Assembly (NCBI GenBank): GCA_963834385.1 | Contig: CAWIBO010000002.1 | Coordinates: 384,001-448,000, forward strand | Direction: 5' to 3' | From: an uncultured Verrucomicrobiae bacterium | Lineage (GTDB): Bacteria > Verrucomicrobiota > Verrucomicrobiia > Chthoniobacterales > UBA10450 | Length of the DNA: 64,000 nt | Part shown: in pieces, positions 9,385 to 18,303 of the stretch | Position numbering within the stretch: position 1 is the stretch's first letter | Layout: each line of letters starts with the position of its first letter | Notes under the pieces: model-generated | Told to the model about the DNA's origin: nothing | What the model saw: the letters and a program-made list of their open reading frames with translations, nothing else | Database searches by the model: none | Translations under genes and position numbers: made by a program

Positions 9385-10335
9385 ATGAAAAAATCAGCGA
9401 GGATCTTTGTCGCGGGGCATCGCGGTCTGGTCGGCCGCGCGCTCGTCCGAGCCCTGCAGCGGCAGGGCTTCACCGACATTGTCACGCGGGGGCGGGCCGA
9501 GGTGGACCTGCGCGAGGAGCGGGCGGTGCGCCAGTTTTTCGAGAAGGAGAAACCGTCCCACGTTCTCCTGGCCGCGGCGCGGGTGGGCGGGATCAAGGCG
9601 AACAACGACTTCCCGGTCGAGTTCATGCTGGAAAACCTGGCCATCCAGAACAGCGTCATCAGTTCCGCGCACGCCACCGGGGTGGAGAAGCTGCTCTTTC
9701 TCGGCAGCTCCTGCATTTACCCGAAGTTTGCACCCCAGCCGATCCCGGAGAGCGCGCTTCTCACCGGCGCGCTTGAGCCGACCAACGACGCCTACGCCGT
9801 GGCCAAGATCGCCGGGATCAAGCTTTGCCAGTCTTACGCGCGAGAATACAACTCCAATTTTATCTCGGCCATGCCGACGAACCTTTACGGGCCGCACGAC
9901 AATTTCGACCTTGTCTCCTCCCACGTCATGCCTGCGCTCATCCGCAAGGCGCACGAGGCAAAAGAAACGGGCGCGCGCGAGCTGGTGGTCTGGGGTTCGG
10001 GCGAACCGCGGCGTGAATTTCTGCACGTGGACGACCTGGCCGATGCCTGTCTTTATCTGCTGGAGCGCTACGATTCGCCGGAGATCGTGAATGTCGGCTG
10101 CGGGGAGGACATCTCCATCCGCGAACTGGCCGAGCTTGTCTGCCAGGTGGTCGGATTCGAGGGCGAGCTGGTCTGGGACCGCTCGAAACCCGACGGCACC
10201 CCGCGAAAACTGCTCGACGTCACGAAACTGCGCGGGCTCGGTTGGAACCCGCGGATCGGGTTGCGTGAAGGAATCGAAAGCACTTATCGCTGGTTCCGCG
10301 AACACATCACCGCCGGCGAGGCGCCCCCCCGATGA
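9385..10335 (+). CDS. fcl: GDP-L-fucose synthase
   Basis: AGHRGLVG, AARVGGI, LGSSCIYP, YAVAKIAG, PTNLYGP, KPDGTPRK. Confidence 0.96.
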   Translation: MKKSARIFVAGHRGLVGRALVRALQRQGFTDIVTRGRAEVDLREERAVRQFFEKEKPSHVLLAAARVGGIKANNDFPVEFMLENLAIQNSVISSAHATGVEKLLFLGSSCIYPKFAPQPIPESALLTGALEPTNDAYAVAKIAGIKLCQSYAREYNSNFISAMPTNLYGPHDNFDLVSSHVMPALIRKAHEAKETGARELVVWGSGEPRREFLHVDDLADACLYLLERYDSPEIVNVGCGEDISIRELAELVCQVVGFEGELVWDRSKPDGTPRKLLDVTKLRGLGWNPRIGLREGIESTYRWFREHITAGEAPPR

Positions 10336-11261
10336 ACCGTCCGCGCGTTGGCGTCGTTGGTGTCGGCCACATTGGCGCCAATCATGCCCGCCTTTACGGC
10401 GCCCTGCCCCAGGCGGAGTTCACCGCGGTGCACGACACGGACAGGCGCATCGCGGAGAAGGTGGCCGGTAAGCACAAGGTCCGGGCCGCGGCCACCCTGG
10501 AGGAATTCGCGGCGCAGGTCGACGCGGTTTCCATTGCCACGCCCACGGCGACGCATTACGAGATCGCAAAAACGCTGCTGGGGCTCGGGAAGCATTTGCT
10601 CATCGAGAAACCGATCACGGAGAACACGGCGCACGCCAGCGAACTGGCCGCCCTGGCCGCGGAGCGCAACGTCGTTCTCCAGGTCGGTCACGTGGAACGG
10701 TTCAACCCGGTCCTGGGCGCCCTCGAGGAGCGGCTCACGCATCCCCGCTTCATCGAGGCGCACCGGCTTTCGCCCTACCCGGACCGCAGCACCGATATCA
10801 GCGTGGTCCTCGATCTCATGATTCACGATCTCGAGATCATCCTCCACCTGGTGCGGTCGCCCGTGCAGAACATTGACGCGGTTGGCGTCCCGGTCCTGAG
10901 CCGGAGCGAGGATATCGCCAACGCGCGTCTCCGGTTTGAGAATGGCTGCGTCGCCAACATCACCTCCAGCCGGATCAGCCCGGAAAAGATGCGCAAGATC
11001 CGCGTTTTCCAGGAGGACGCCTACCTCTCGCTCGATTACCAGAACCAGACGGGCGAGATTTATCGCCGGACTGGCACCGGAATCACGCGGGAAAAGGTGC
11101 CGATTGAGCGGGATGAGCCGTTGCGCGGCCAGCTTGCCTCGTTCGTTGAGTGCGCCGCCACCGGGCGCCAGCCGAAAGTCTCGGGGTTCCAAGCCACCGC
11201 CGCGCTGGAGCTGGCGGTGCGAATCACCGAACGAATCGGCGAAACGCCCTTTGGGCCATGA
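10332..11261 (+). CDS. Gfo/Idh/MocA oxidoreductase, GnnA-like (UDP-GlcNAc 3-dehydrogenase candidate)
   Basis: GVGHIG, EKP, VGHVERFNP, DLMIHD; lies upstream of lpxB. Confidence 0.85.
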   Translation: MNRPRVGVVGVGHIGANHARLYGALPQAEFTAVHDTDRRIAEKVAGKHKVRAAATLEEFAAQVDAVSIATPTATHYEIAKTLLGLGKHLLIEKPITENTAHASELAALAAERNVVLQVGHVERFNPVLGALEERLTHPRFIEAHRLSPYPDRSTDISVVLDLMIHDLEIILHLVRSPVQNIDAVGVPVLSRSEDIANARLRFENGCVANITSSRISPEKMRKIRVFQEDAYLSLDYQNQTGEIYRRTGTGITREKVPIERDEPLRGQLASFVECAATGRQPKVSGFQATAALELAVRITERIGETPFGP

Positions 11262-11773
11262 TCGCCTGCCCGGAACAACTGGACGCGGAGGGACGCGCTT
11301 CCGCGCGTCCACTCTCCTCCCGTCGCCATCCGCTGCACCTTCCTCCGGCGGAAAGGCATGGACGTTCAATCATCGTTTTTGTTACCGCCTGCACCAGCCG
11401 GCGGCGGAAGATTCTGGCTTCACCCGGCGCCCACGAGGCAATCGTCGAAGCCTGGCGCCAGGCGAATCAATGGCTGGTTGGGCGATATGTCATCATGCCG
11501 GACCATGTGCATTTTTTCTGCGCGCCCGCTGATTTGGCCGGAGGATCGTCACTTGAGAGATGGATGCAATACTGGAAGTCCATCGTCACGCGGCAATTAG
11601 GAGGGACCGGCGGGCGTGTATGGCAACGTCATCACTGGGATCGCCAACTCCGCCGCAGAGAAAGCTACGACGAGAAATGGAAGTATGTCTGCGGCAACCC
11701 AGTGCGGCACTCACTCGTGGAAAATGAGCGCACCTGGCCGTTCCAGGGAGAACTGAACAAGCTGCGATGGTAA
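11258..11773 (+). mobile_element. REP-associated tyrosine transposase (RAYT, Y1 HUH family)
   Basis: FVTACT, VIMPDHVHF (HUH), WQRHHWDR, YVCGNPV catalytic Tyr; flanked by REP hairpins; start uncertain. Confidence 0.88.
11287..11310 (+). repeat. REP (GGAG foot, 8-bp stem, TTCC loop)
   Basis: GGAG-GGACGCGC-TTCC-GCGCGTCC perfect hairpin. Confidence 0.85.
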
Positions 11774-11784
11774 ACGCGCGCATT

Positions 11785-11830
11785 GGACGCGCAGAAGCGC
11801 GTCGCCGGAGGGACATGCTTCCGCATGTCC
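11785..11830. repeat. Inverted REP doublet downstream of the RAYT
   Basis: GGACGCGC-AGAA-GCGCGTCgCC, then GGAG-GGACATGC-TTCC-GCATGTCC. Confidence 0.85.
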
Positions 11831-11883
11831 GGGAATGCAAACGGCGGGCTTCCTCGCGTCTCACGACGGAACCCAGGAAAGAC

Positions 11884-13017
11884 ATGAAGCTTTACTTTGT
11901 TGCGGGTGAAGCCAGCGGTGATAACCACGGCGCCGCCCTCCTGGAGGCGCTGCGGGCAGCCGATCCCGCCCTGGAATTCGCCGGCCGCGGCGGGCCGCGT
12001 CTGCGCGCCCTGGCTGGTGACGGAATCCACGATTGGATCGGCGAGGCTGCGGTGGTCGGGCTCTGGGAAGTGCTCAAGAAGTACGGCTGGTTTCGCGCCC
12101 AGTTCCAGGAGGTCCTGCGCGAGATCGACCGCGCCGCGCCGGACGCGGTGGTCCTGATCGATTATCCCGGTTTCAATCTCCGTCTGGCCCGCACCCTGCG
12201 CGCGCGCCATCCCGCGTTGCGCATCATTTATTACATCAGTCCGCAGGTCTGGGCCTGGCATCGCGGACGCATCGGGCGCATGGCGGGATATCTCGACCTG
12301 ATGCTCTGCATCTTTCCGTTCGAAGCCGCGCTATACCAGCAGTCGGGGTTGCGGGCCATCTTTGTGGGCCACCCGATGACGGAAACGGCCGTGCCGCCAC
12401 CAGCGCCGGAGACGCGCGACCGTGACCTGGTCGCCCTTTTTCCGGGCAGTCGAAAAAGGGAGGTCAGCAAAATACTGCCGGTCCTGCTGGAAGCGGCGGC
12501 GCATCTCCTGGCGGCCCGGCCGGCCACCCGTTTCGAGATCGCGGCTGCCTCGGCCGGGATGGCGGAGATGGCGCAGGAGCTTTTGGCCGGCACGAAGCTC
12601 GCGCCTGACCGGGTGACCATCCGGACGGGTGAGGGGAGAGAGCTGATGCGTCGCGCACATATCGGTTTGATTGCCTCCGGCACCGCCACGCTCGAGGCGG
12701 CCTTGCACCGGCTTCCCTTCCTGCTCGTCTACAAGGTGTCGCCGCTGACTTATCTCGCGGCCCGACTTCTGGTCCAGGTGCCTCATCTGGGGATGCCCAA
12801 CGTCATTGCTGGACGCGAGATTGTGCCGGAGTTCATCCAGGGGAAGGCCGATCCCCGTCTGCTCGCGGAAAGTGCGCTCACCCTGATTTACAGCGAGCAC
12901 GCCCGCGCCGCCATGCGACAAGACTTTGATGCGGTGGTGGCGCAGTTGGGCGAGGAAGGCGCGAGCCGAAAGGCGGCGGCGGCCATCATGGAAGAATTGC
13001 GCCGGCCAGCCGCCTGA
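11884..13017 (+). CDS. lpxB: Lipid-A-disaccharide synthase
   Basis: AGEASGD, IDYPGFN, YYISPQVWAW, FVGHP, PGSR, SGTATLE. Confidence 0.96.
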   Translation: MKLYFVAGEASGDNHGAALLEALRAADPALEFAGRGGPRLRALAGDGIHDWIGEAAVVGLWEVLKKYGWFRAQFQEVLREIDRAAPDAVVLIDYPGFNLRLARTLRARHPALRIIYYISPQVWAWHRGRIGRMAGYLDLMLCIFPFEAALYQQSGLRAIFVGHPMTETAVPPPAPETRDRDLVALFPGSRKREVSKILPVLLEAAAHLLAARPATRFEIAAASAGMAEMAQELLAGTKLAPDRVTIRTGEGRELMRRAHIGLIASGTATLEAALHRLPFLLVYKVSPLTYLAARLLVQVPHLGMPNVIAGREIVPEFIQGKADPRLLAESALTLIYSEHARAAMRQDFDAVVAQLGEEGASRKAAAAIMEELRRPAA

Positions 13018-13065
13018 CCCGAAAAAGCGCCTCCGGCCCCGCGCAATTATGTATACTCCGGCAGC

Positions 13066-14520
13066 GTGAGCGATCTTCCGTCCATCCAGAACTTCATCGG
13101 CGGCGAATTCGTTGCGCCCTCAGGGGGCAAATATCTTGGCAACATCGAGCCGGCCACGGGAAAGGTTTACTCGCAGGTGCCGGATGGCGACGCGAACGAT
13201 GTGGAGAAGGCGGTCGCGGCGGCGGAGAAGGCGTTTCCCGATTGGGCGCGCACGCCGGCGGCGGATCGATCGCGCATTTTGCTGCGCATCGCCGAGCTGA
13301 TCGAGCGCGACCTGGAAAAGCTCGCGCGCGCGGAGTCGATCGATACCGGCAAACCGCTCGCGCTCGCGCGCAGCCTCGACATTCCGCGGGCGGCTTCGAA
13401 TTTTCGCTTTTTCGCCACCGCCATCCTGCACACCGAGAACGAGGCGCACGTCACCGACGGTGTGGCGTTCAACTACACCCTGCGCCAGCCGCGCGGGATC
13501 GTGGGCCTCATCTCGCCATGGAATCTGCCGCTCTACCTCTTGAGCTGGAAAATTGCGCCGGCCATCGCCTGCGGGAACACCGCGGTCGCCAAACCGAGTG
13601 AGCTGACGCCGATGACCGCGTATTTGCTCTGCGAGATTTGTCGTGAAGCCGGGCTGCCACCCGGCGTGCTCAACATCGTCCACGGCACCGGGCCGAACGT
13701 CGGGCAAGCCATCACCGCGCACCCGAAGATCGGCACGATCTCGTTTACCGGTGGCACGGTGACCGGGAAAAAAGTGGCCGAGACATGCGCGCCGATGTTC
13801 AAGAAAGTCTCGCTCGAACTCGGGGGAAAGAATCCCAACATCATCTTTGCCGATGCCGACCTCGAGGCGGCGATCAACGGCAGCCTGAGATCGTCGTTTG
13901 CCAATCAGGGGCAGGTCTGTCTTTGCGGCTCACGCGTTTTCGTCGAGCGGCCGATTTACGATGAGTTCGTCAGGCGCTTCGTCGAGAAGGCCGGCCAGCT
14001 CAAACAAGGCGACCCCCTGGAGGAAAAGACCGAGCAGGGCGCGATCGTCTCGCAAACACAGCTGGAAAAGGTGAAGTTCTACGTCGACCTCGCGCAGAAG
14101 GAGGGTGGCCGGATTGCCTTGGGCGGCAAGAGCCCGAACCCGCCGAACGACCGTTGTGCCGATGGCTATTTCTTTCCGCCGACCGTTCTGACTGACCTTC
14201 CCGTCGCCTGCCGCACGAATCGCGAAGAAATCTTCGGGCCGGTCGTTTCCATCACGCCGTTTGAGCGCGAAGACGAAGTCATCGCGTATGCCAACGACAC
14301 CGAATACGGCCTCGCCTCGAGCGTCTGGACACAAAACCTCGGACGGGCCCATCGCGTCGCCGAGCAGATCCACACTGGGACCGTCTGGGTGAACTGCTGG
14401 CTCGTGCGCGACCTTCGCGTCCCCTTTGGCGGAATGAAGGCGAGCGGCGTCGGCCGCGAAGGGGGCAACGAAGCGCTGCACTTTTTCACCGAACCGAAAA
14501 ATATCTGTATCGCCCGGTAG
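13066..14520 (+). CDS. Aldehyde dehydrogenase, 2-aminomuconate/2-hydroxymuconate semialdehyde dehydrogenase-like
   Basis: ISPWNLPLYLLSWK, LELGGKNP, FANQGQVCLCGSR, VRDLRVPFGG. Confidence 0.9.
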   Translation: MSDLPSIQNFIGGEFVAPSGGKYLGNIEPATGKVYSQVPDGDANDVEKAVAAAEKAFPDWARTPAADRSRILLRIAELIERDLEKLARAESIDTGKPLALARSLDIPRAASNFRFFATAILHTENEAHVTDGVAFNYTLRQPRGIVGLISPWNLPLYLLSWKIAPAIACGNTAVAKPSELTPMTAYLLCEICREAGLPPGVLNIVHGTGPNVGQAITAHPKIGTISFTGGTVTGKKVAETCAPMFKKVSLELGGKNPNIIFADADLEAAINGSLRSSFANQGQVCLCGSRVFVERPIYDEFVRRFVEKAGQLKQGDPLEEKTEQGAIVSQTQLEKVKFYVDLAQKEGGRIALGGKSPNPPNDRCADGYFFPPTVLTDLPVACRTNREEIFGPVVSITPFEREDEVIAYANDTEYGLASSVWTQNLGRAHRVAEQIHTGTVWVNCWLVRDLRVPFGGMKASGVGREGGNEALHFFTEPKNICIAR

Positions 14521-14571
14521 GTTCCCTTCAGGACGTGGCGATGTGTCGACGTCCATAATCTCGCGCCAATT

Positions 14572-14592
14572 CGGCCGTCACAGACCGCCGCC
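14572..14592 (-). repeat. Degenerate REP-like hairpin
   Basis: CGGCCGTC-ACA-GACCGCCG imperfect palindrome between convergent genes. Confidence 0.4.
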
Positions 14593-14667
14593 GAGTAAGG
14601 ACAAAAGGTGGACGCATTCGCCGGCAGGCGCCACGCGGCTCAGGCTCGGCCGCAGGTCGGCTGGAGT

Positions 14668-14925
14668 TTACGAGACCGGAGGGTCTTCCCGCACGGCATT
14701 TAAGTCTTCCAACTGCGGCACCTGCTCGTCCTCGTATTTCTCGATGAGCAGGCCGACAATTTCCATAAGCGAGGCGAGCGGGTGCGAATCATCGTTTCCG
14801 ACTTCGTCCACGAGTTGATCGAGCAGGACAACGAGTCTCTGGTATTCCAACTCGGTGTGCGGGACGAAGACCGACTGCGAGAGTTCGGGCCAGTGGGCGA
14901 GTGTCGCTTTCAGGGTATCGGTCAT
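14668..14925 (-). CDS. HigA-like antitoxin (N-terminal domain only)
   Basis: EYQRLVVLLDQLVDEVG...HPLASLMEIVGLLIEKYE; overlaps the toxin stop by 4 bp. Confidence 0.75.
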   Translation of the reverse strand: MTDTLKATLAHWPELSQSVFVPHTELEYQRLVVLLDQLVDEVGNDDSHPLASLMEIVGLLIEKYEDEQVPQLEDLNAVREDPPVS

Positions 14926-15209
14926 CGTTTCCAGGCTCCGGTGTCGTATTCCGGGTGAGTGAGGACGGCACGAATATATACCTTCCCGCGGTTATAGTGA
15001 AGGGCGGCGATGAGGCGTACTTTGTTGCCGCCGATATTGAAGACAGTGAGTTTTCCCACGAGATCGGCGCTCGGGAAAGTTTCGCGCAGATGGACAAAGC
15101 TGCGAAATCGGCCGCGTTTCATCAGCCGATACCACTGCGCCAGCGCGCTCAACGCTTCGGGATGCTGTTTCGCAAAGTCGTTCAAGCGTTTGCGCGTGAT
15201 GACATGCAT
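14922..15209 (-). CDS. higB: HigB-family toxin (RelE-like mRNase)
   Basis: MHVITRKRL...FPSADLVG...VFNIGGNKVRLI...LTHPEYD. Confidence 0.9.
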   Translation of the reverse strand: MHVITRKRLNDFAKQHPEALSALAQWYRLMKRGRFRSFVHLRETFPSADLVGKLTVFNIGGNKVRLIAALHYNRGKVYIRAVLTHPEYDTGAWKR

Positions 15210-15415
15210 CAGGGAAGTCAGCCACAAACCGCGAGCTTGTTCCAGCGCGATGCTGAGAAGCGACGGCACGCTGAAGGGAAGAGTCACAAGTTGGTTTACG
15301 AGGGCGTGTTGGGGACGCACCCGTGGGACGACGGTACGCTGCGGGGTTTTTTAAGTCGGCGGGATGGCGGGGCGCCGTGGTTAGATCTATTATTGCCCGA
15401 TAGGAGGAGGTTGCC

Positions 15416-15694
15416 ATGTGTCGAAACATCAAGACGCTGCATAATTTCGAGCCGCCCGCGACGGAAGCGGAGATTCGCGCCTCGGCCCTGCAGTTTGTGC
15501 GCAAGCTGAGCGGTTTCACCAAGCCGTCGCGGATCAACGAGGAGCCTTTCGAGCGGGCCGTCGAGGAAGTGACGCGGGTCGCGCACGAGCTGCTCGAGGC
15601 ACTGGAGACGAACGCGCCTCCGCGCGATCGCGCGGTGGAGGCCGAGAAGGCGCAGGCGCGATCGCGGGCCCGATTTGCCGGGACCGGCGGCTAA
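15416..15694 (+). CDS. DUF2277 family protein
   Basis: MCRNIKTLHNFEPPAT...ALQFVRKLSG signature; AGGAGG RBS upstream. Confidence 0.9.
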   Translation: MCRNIKTLHNFEPPATEAEIRASALQFVRKLSGFTKPSRINEEPFERAVEEVTRVAHELLEALETNAPPRDRAVEAEKAQARSRARFAGTGG

Positions 15695-15744
15695 GCGGGC
15701 TGGCTGGAGGAATTGGGCGCTGGGAGCCAGACGGCCCTCAGAAC

Positions 15745-15800
15745 ACGATTAACAATAAAAGACTTGTTGTTTATCAATATGACGCATATTGTTAAGACAT
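15745..15800 (+). promoter_or_regulatory. AT-rich promoter/operator of the DUF2975-XRE operon
   Basis: Perfect IR CAATATG-acg-CATATTG at 15775-15791 plus repeated TTGTT/AACAA half-sites immediately before ATG 15801. Confidence 0.55.
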
Positions 15801-16328
15801 ATGAATGACCCAGCCTCTCAACGACAGCCCGGTTCGGCGACCCTGACCATCTCCCGGATCACCCTGCGCATCCTCCTTGTGCTCAATGTGCTCCAGGGCG
15901 TCGCCATTCTTGGCCTCCTTGGTTTCAGTGTCGTCTCGCCGGGCCGGATCATGGCCTCGCTCGACGTCGCCGAATCGATGTTTCGCGGCATGCAAATGGT
16001 CGCGGTGCTTGGCCTCGTCTGCGTGCCGCTTTATTACATCATTCTTCGCCGTCTGCTCGACATGGTGGAGAGCGTGAGGGCGCGCCAGCCGTTCATCAGC
16101 CTGAACGCCGCCCGGCTCCAGACCATCGCCTGGGCGCTGCTCCTCCTTCAGCTTCTCAGCCTCATCATCGGCTGGATCGCGGAGAGCGTCTCCACCCGGG
16201 AGCACCCATTCCAGGTGGATGCCGGCTTCTCCTCCAGCGGCTGGGTGGCTGTGCTTCTCGTCTTCGTTCTCGCCCGCGTTTTCGCCGAGGGCGCCCGGAT
16301 GCGCGAAGAACTGGAAGGGACGGTGTAA
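15801..16328 (+). CDS. DUF2975 membrane protein
   Basis: Four TM helices, PF...NAARL, C-terminal VFAEGARMREELEGTV. Confidence 0.88.
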   Translation: MNDPASQRQPGSATLTISRITLRILLVLNVLQGVAILGLLGFSVVSPGRIMASLDVAESMFRGMQMVAVLGLVCVPLYYIILRRLLDMVESVRARQPFISLNAARLQTIAWALLLLQLLSLIIGWIAESVSTREHPFQVDAGFSSSGWVAVLLVFVLARVFAEGARMREELEGTV

Positions 16329-16330
16329 CC

Positions 16331-16561
16331 GTGGCCATTGCCGTCAAACTCGACGATTTGCTTTACGCCCGGCGCATGACCCTGACCGAACTCTCGGAGC
16401 GGGTCGGCATCACCCTGGCCAACCTTTCCATTCTCAAGACAGGCAAGGCCCGCGCCATCCGCTTCACGACCCTCGAGGCCTTGTGTGAAGCGCTCGGTTG
16501 CCAGCCGGGCGATCTGCTCAAGTTCGAAGGAGCGGGGGAGGCCCGACCGCCGGAGGCGTGA
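16331..16561 (+). CDS. XRE/Cro HTH regulator (YozG-like)
   Basis: ITLANLSILKTGKARAIRFTTLEALCEALGCQPGDLL. Confidence 0.93.
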   Translation: MAIAVKLDDLLYARRMTLTELSERVGITLANLSILKTGKARAIRFTTLEALCEALGCQPGDLLKFEGAGEARPPEA

Positions 16562-16626
16562 AGGTTTTGCGGGTCCCGGGTGTTTTGCTCTTCCGGCCAA
16601 TCGGTTTGCCCGGTAGTTAGTAACGC

Positions 16627-17787
16627 ATGAGCAGCGTTCGGCTTTTGGTGGGGACGCGCAAAGGCGCGTTCATTCTTGCGGCGGACGGGAAGCGGGAGAA
16701 CTGGACGGTGGACGGCCCGCACTTTGCCGGATGGGAAATGTATCATTTGAAGGGGTCGCCGTTGGAGCCCAACCGCATTTACGCCTCGCAGTCGAGCGCC
16801 TGGTTTGGGCAGATTATTCAGCGCTCGGACGATGGCGGGAAAACCTGGACGACGCCGGGCGGGGGGATGGAACAGACGCCCGAAGGGATGCCGAAGGGGG
16901 AGAGCAACAAGTTCGTTTACGAGGGCGTGCCCGGGACGCACATGTGGTACGACGGGACCCAGCATCCGTGGGAGTTCAAGCGGGTCTGGCACCTCGAGCC
17001 GTCGCCGGGCGATCCGGATCATGTTTACGCCGGGGTGGAGGACGCGGGGCTTTTTGAGTCGAAGGATGGCGGCGTGACGTGGGCGGAATTATCCGGGTTG
17101 CGCAAACATGACACCGGCCCGCAGTGGCAGCCGGGCGCGGGCGGGATGTGTCTGCACACGATCCTGATCGATCCGACGAATCCGCGCCGGCTTTATGTGG
17201 CCATCTCGGCGGCGGGCGCGTTTAGGAGCGATGATGCGGGGCAAACCTGGAAGCCGATCAATCGCGGTCTGGTTTCGCAGTTCATGCCCGATCCGGATGC
17301 GGAGGTGGGGCATTGCGTGCATCGGATCGCGTTTCATCCGTCGCGACCGGAGACGCTCTTCATGCAAAAGCATTGGGACGTGATGCGAAGCGATAACGCG
17401 GGCGATCAGTGGAGCGAGGTAAGCGACAATTTGCCGACGGATTTCGGGTTCCCGATCGACGTGCATGCGCACGAGCCGGAGACAATTTACGTGGTGCCGA
17501 TCAAGAGCGACTCCGAGCATTTTCCGCTCGAGGGCAAGCTGCGGGTCTACCGGAGCAAGAGCGGCGGAGGCGATTGGGAAGCGCTGACCCACGGGCTGCC
17601 GCAGAAGGATTGCTACGTCAATGTCCTGCGCGATGCGATGTGCGTGGATACGCTGGACGATTGCGGAGTGTATTTCGGAACAACAGGCGGCCAGGTTTAT
17701 TGCTCGGCAAATGGCGGCGATACGTGGAAGGCGATCGTGCGCGATTTGCCGCCGGTGCTGTCGGTGGAGGTGCAGACGTTGCGCTAA
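16627..17787 (+). CDS. BNR/Asp-box beta-propeller protein (sialidase-fold, function unknown)
   Basis: Repeated SxDGGxTW Asp-boxes; LLVGTRKG start; no signal peptide. Confidence 0.88.
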   Translation: MSSVRLLVGTRKGAFILAADGKRENWTVDGPHFAGWEMYHLKGSPLEPNRIYASQSSAWFGQIIQRSDDGGKTWTTPGGGMEQTPEGMPKGESNKFVYEGVPGTHMWYDGTQHPWEFKRVWHLEPSPGDPDHVYAGVEDAGLFESKDGGVTWAELSGLRKHDTGPQWQPGAGGMCLHTILIDPTNPRRLYVAISAAGAFRSDDAGQTWKPINRGLVSQFMPDPDAEVGHCVHRIAFHPSRPETLFMQKHWDVMRSDNAGDQWSEVSDNLPTDFGFPIDVHAHEPETIYVVPIKSDSEHFPLEGKLRVYRSKSGGGDWEALTHGLPQKDCYVNVLRDAMCVDTLDDCGVYFGTTGGQVYCSANGGDTWKAIVRDLPPVLSVEVQTLR

Positions 17788-17789
17788 GT

Positions 17790-17920
17790 GAAAGCTCCAA
17801 ATTCCAAGGTCCAGGCACAGAAGCCCCATGTTCCAAGCTCCAAGGGTCTTCGCCCAAGGTGGTATGATGTTTGATGCTTGAAGTTTCTCTGGACCTTGGA
17901 TGTTGAAGCTTCAAGCTTTC
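17790..17920. repeat. Heptamer-repeat inverted element (long stem-loop)
   Basis: AAGCTCC/AAATTCC/AAGGTCC left arm; 12-bp perfect IR TCCAAGGTCCAG (17803-17814) / CTGGACCTTGGA (17889-17900); GAAAGCT...AGCTTTC ends. Confidence 0.75.
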
Positions 17921-17924
17921 CCTC

Positions 17925-18221
17925 ATGATCCGCATCGCCCTCCCGCATCATCTCCGGACCCTCGCGCGGGTGGGGGATGAGGTGGAACTGGAGGTTAAGG
18001 GCCCCGCGACGGTGGGCGGCTTACTCGACGCGCTGGAGGCGAAATATCCGATGCTGCGCGGGACGATCCGCGACCACGGCACGCTTAAGCGTCGGCCCAT
18101 GCTGCGCTTCTTTGCCTGCGAAGAGGATGTTTCGCATAAACCGATCGATACTGTTCTTCCCGGGTCGATCGCAGATGGAAGGGAGCCGTTCATCATTCTC
18201 GGCGCCATCGCGGGTGGCTAA
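17925..18221 (+). CDS. MoaD/ThiS ubiquitin-like protein
   Basis: Beta-grasp pattern; C-terminal AIAGG. Confidence 0.9.
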   Translation: MIRIALPHHLRTLARVGDEVELEVKGPATVGGLLDALEAKYPMLRGTIRDHGTLKRRPMLRFFACEEDVSHKPIDTVLPGSIADGREPFIILGAIAGG

Positions 18222-18303
18222 ACAGGAATTATTTTTCCAGATGATTGAGTGGAGAACATCGGATGCTAATCTGGGTTAATCTGCGAAATCTGCGGACGAC
18301 AAC

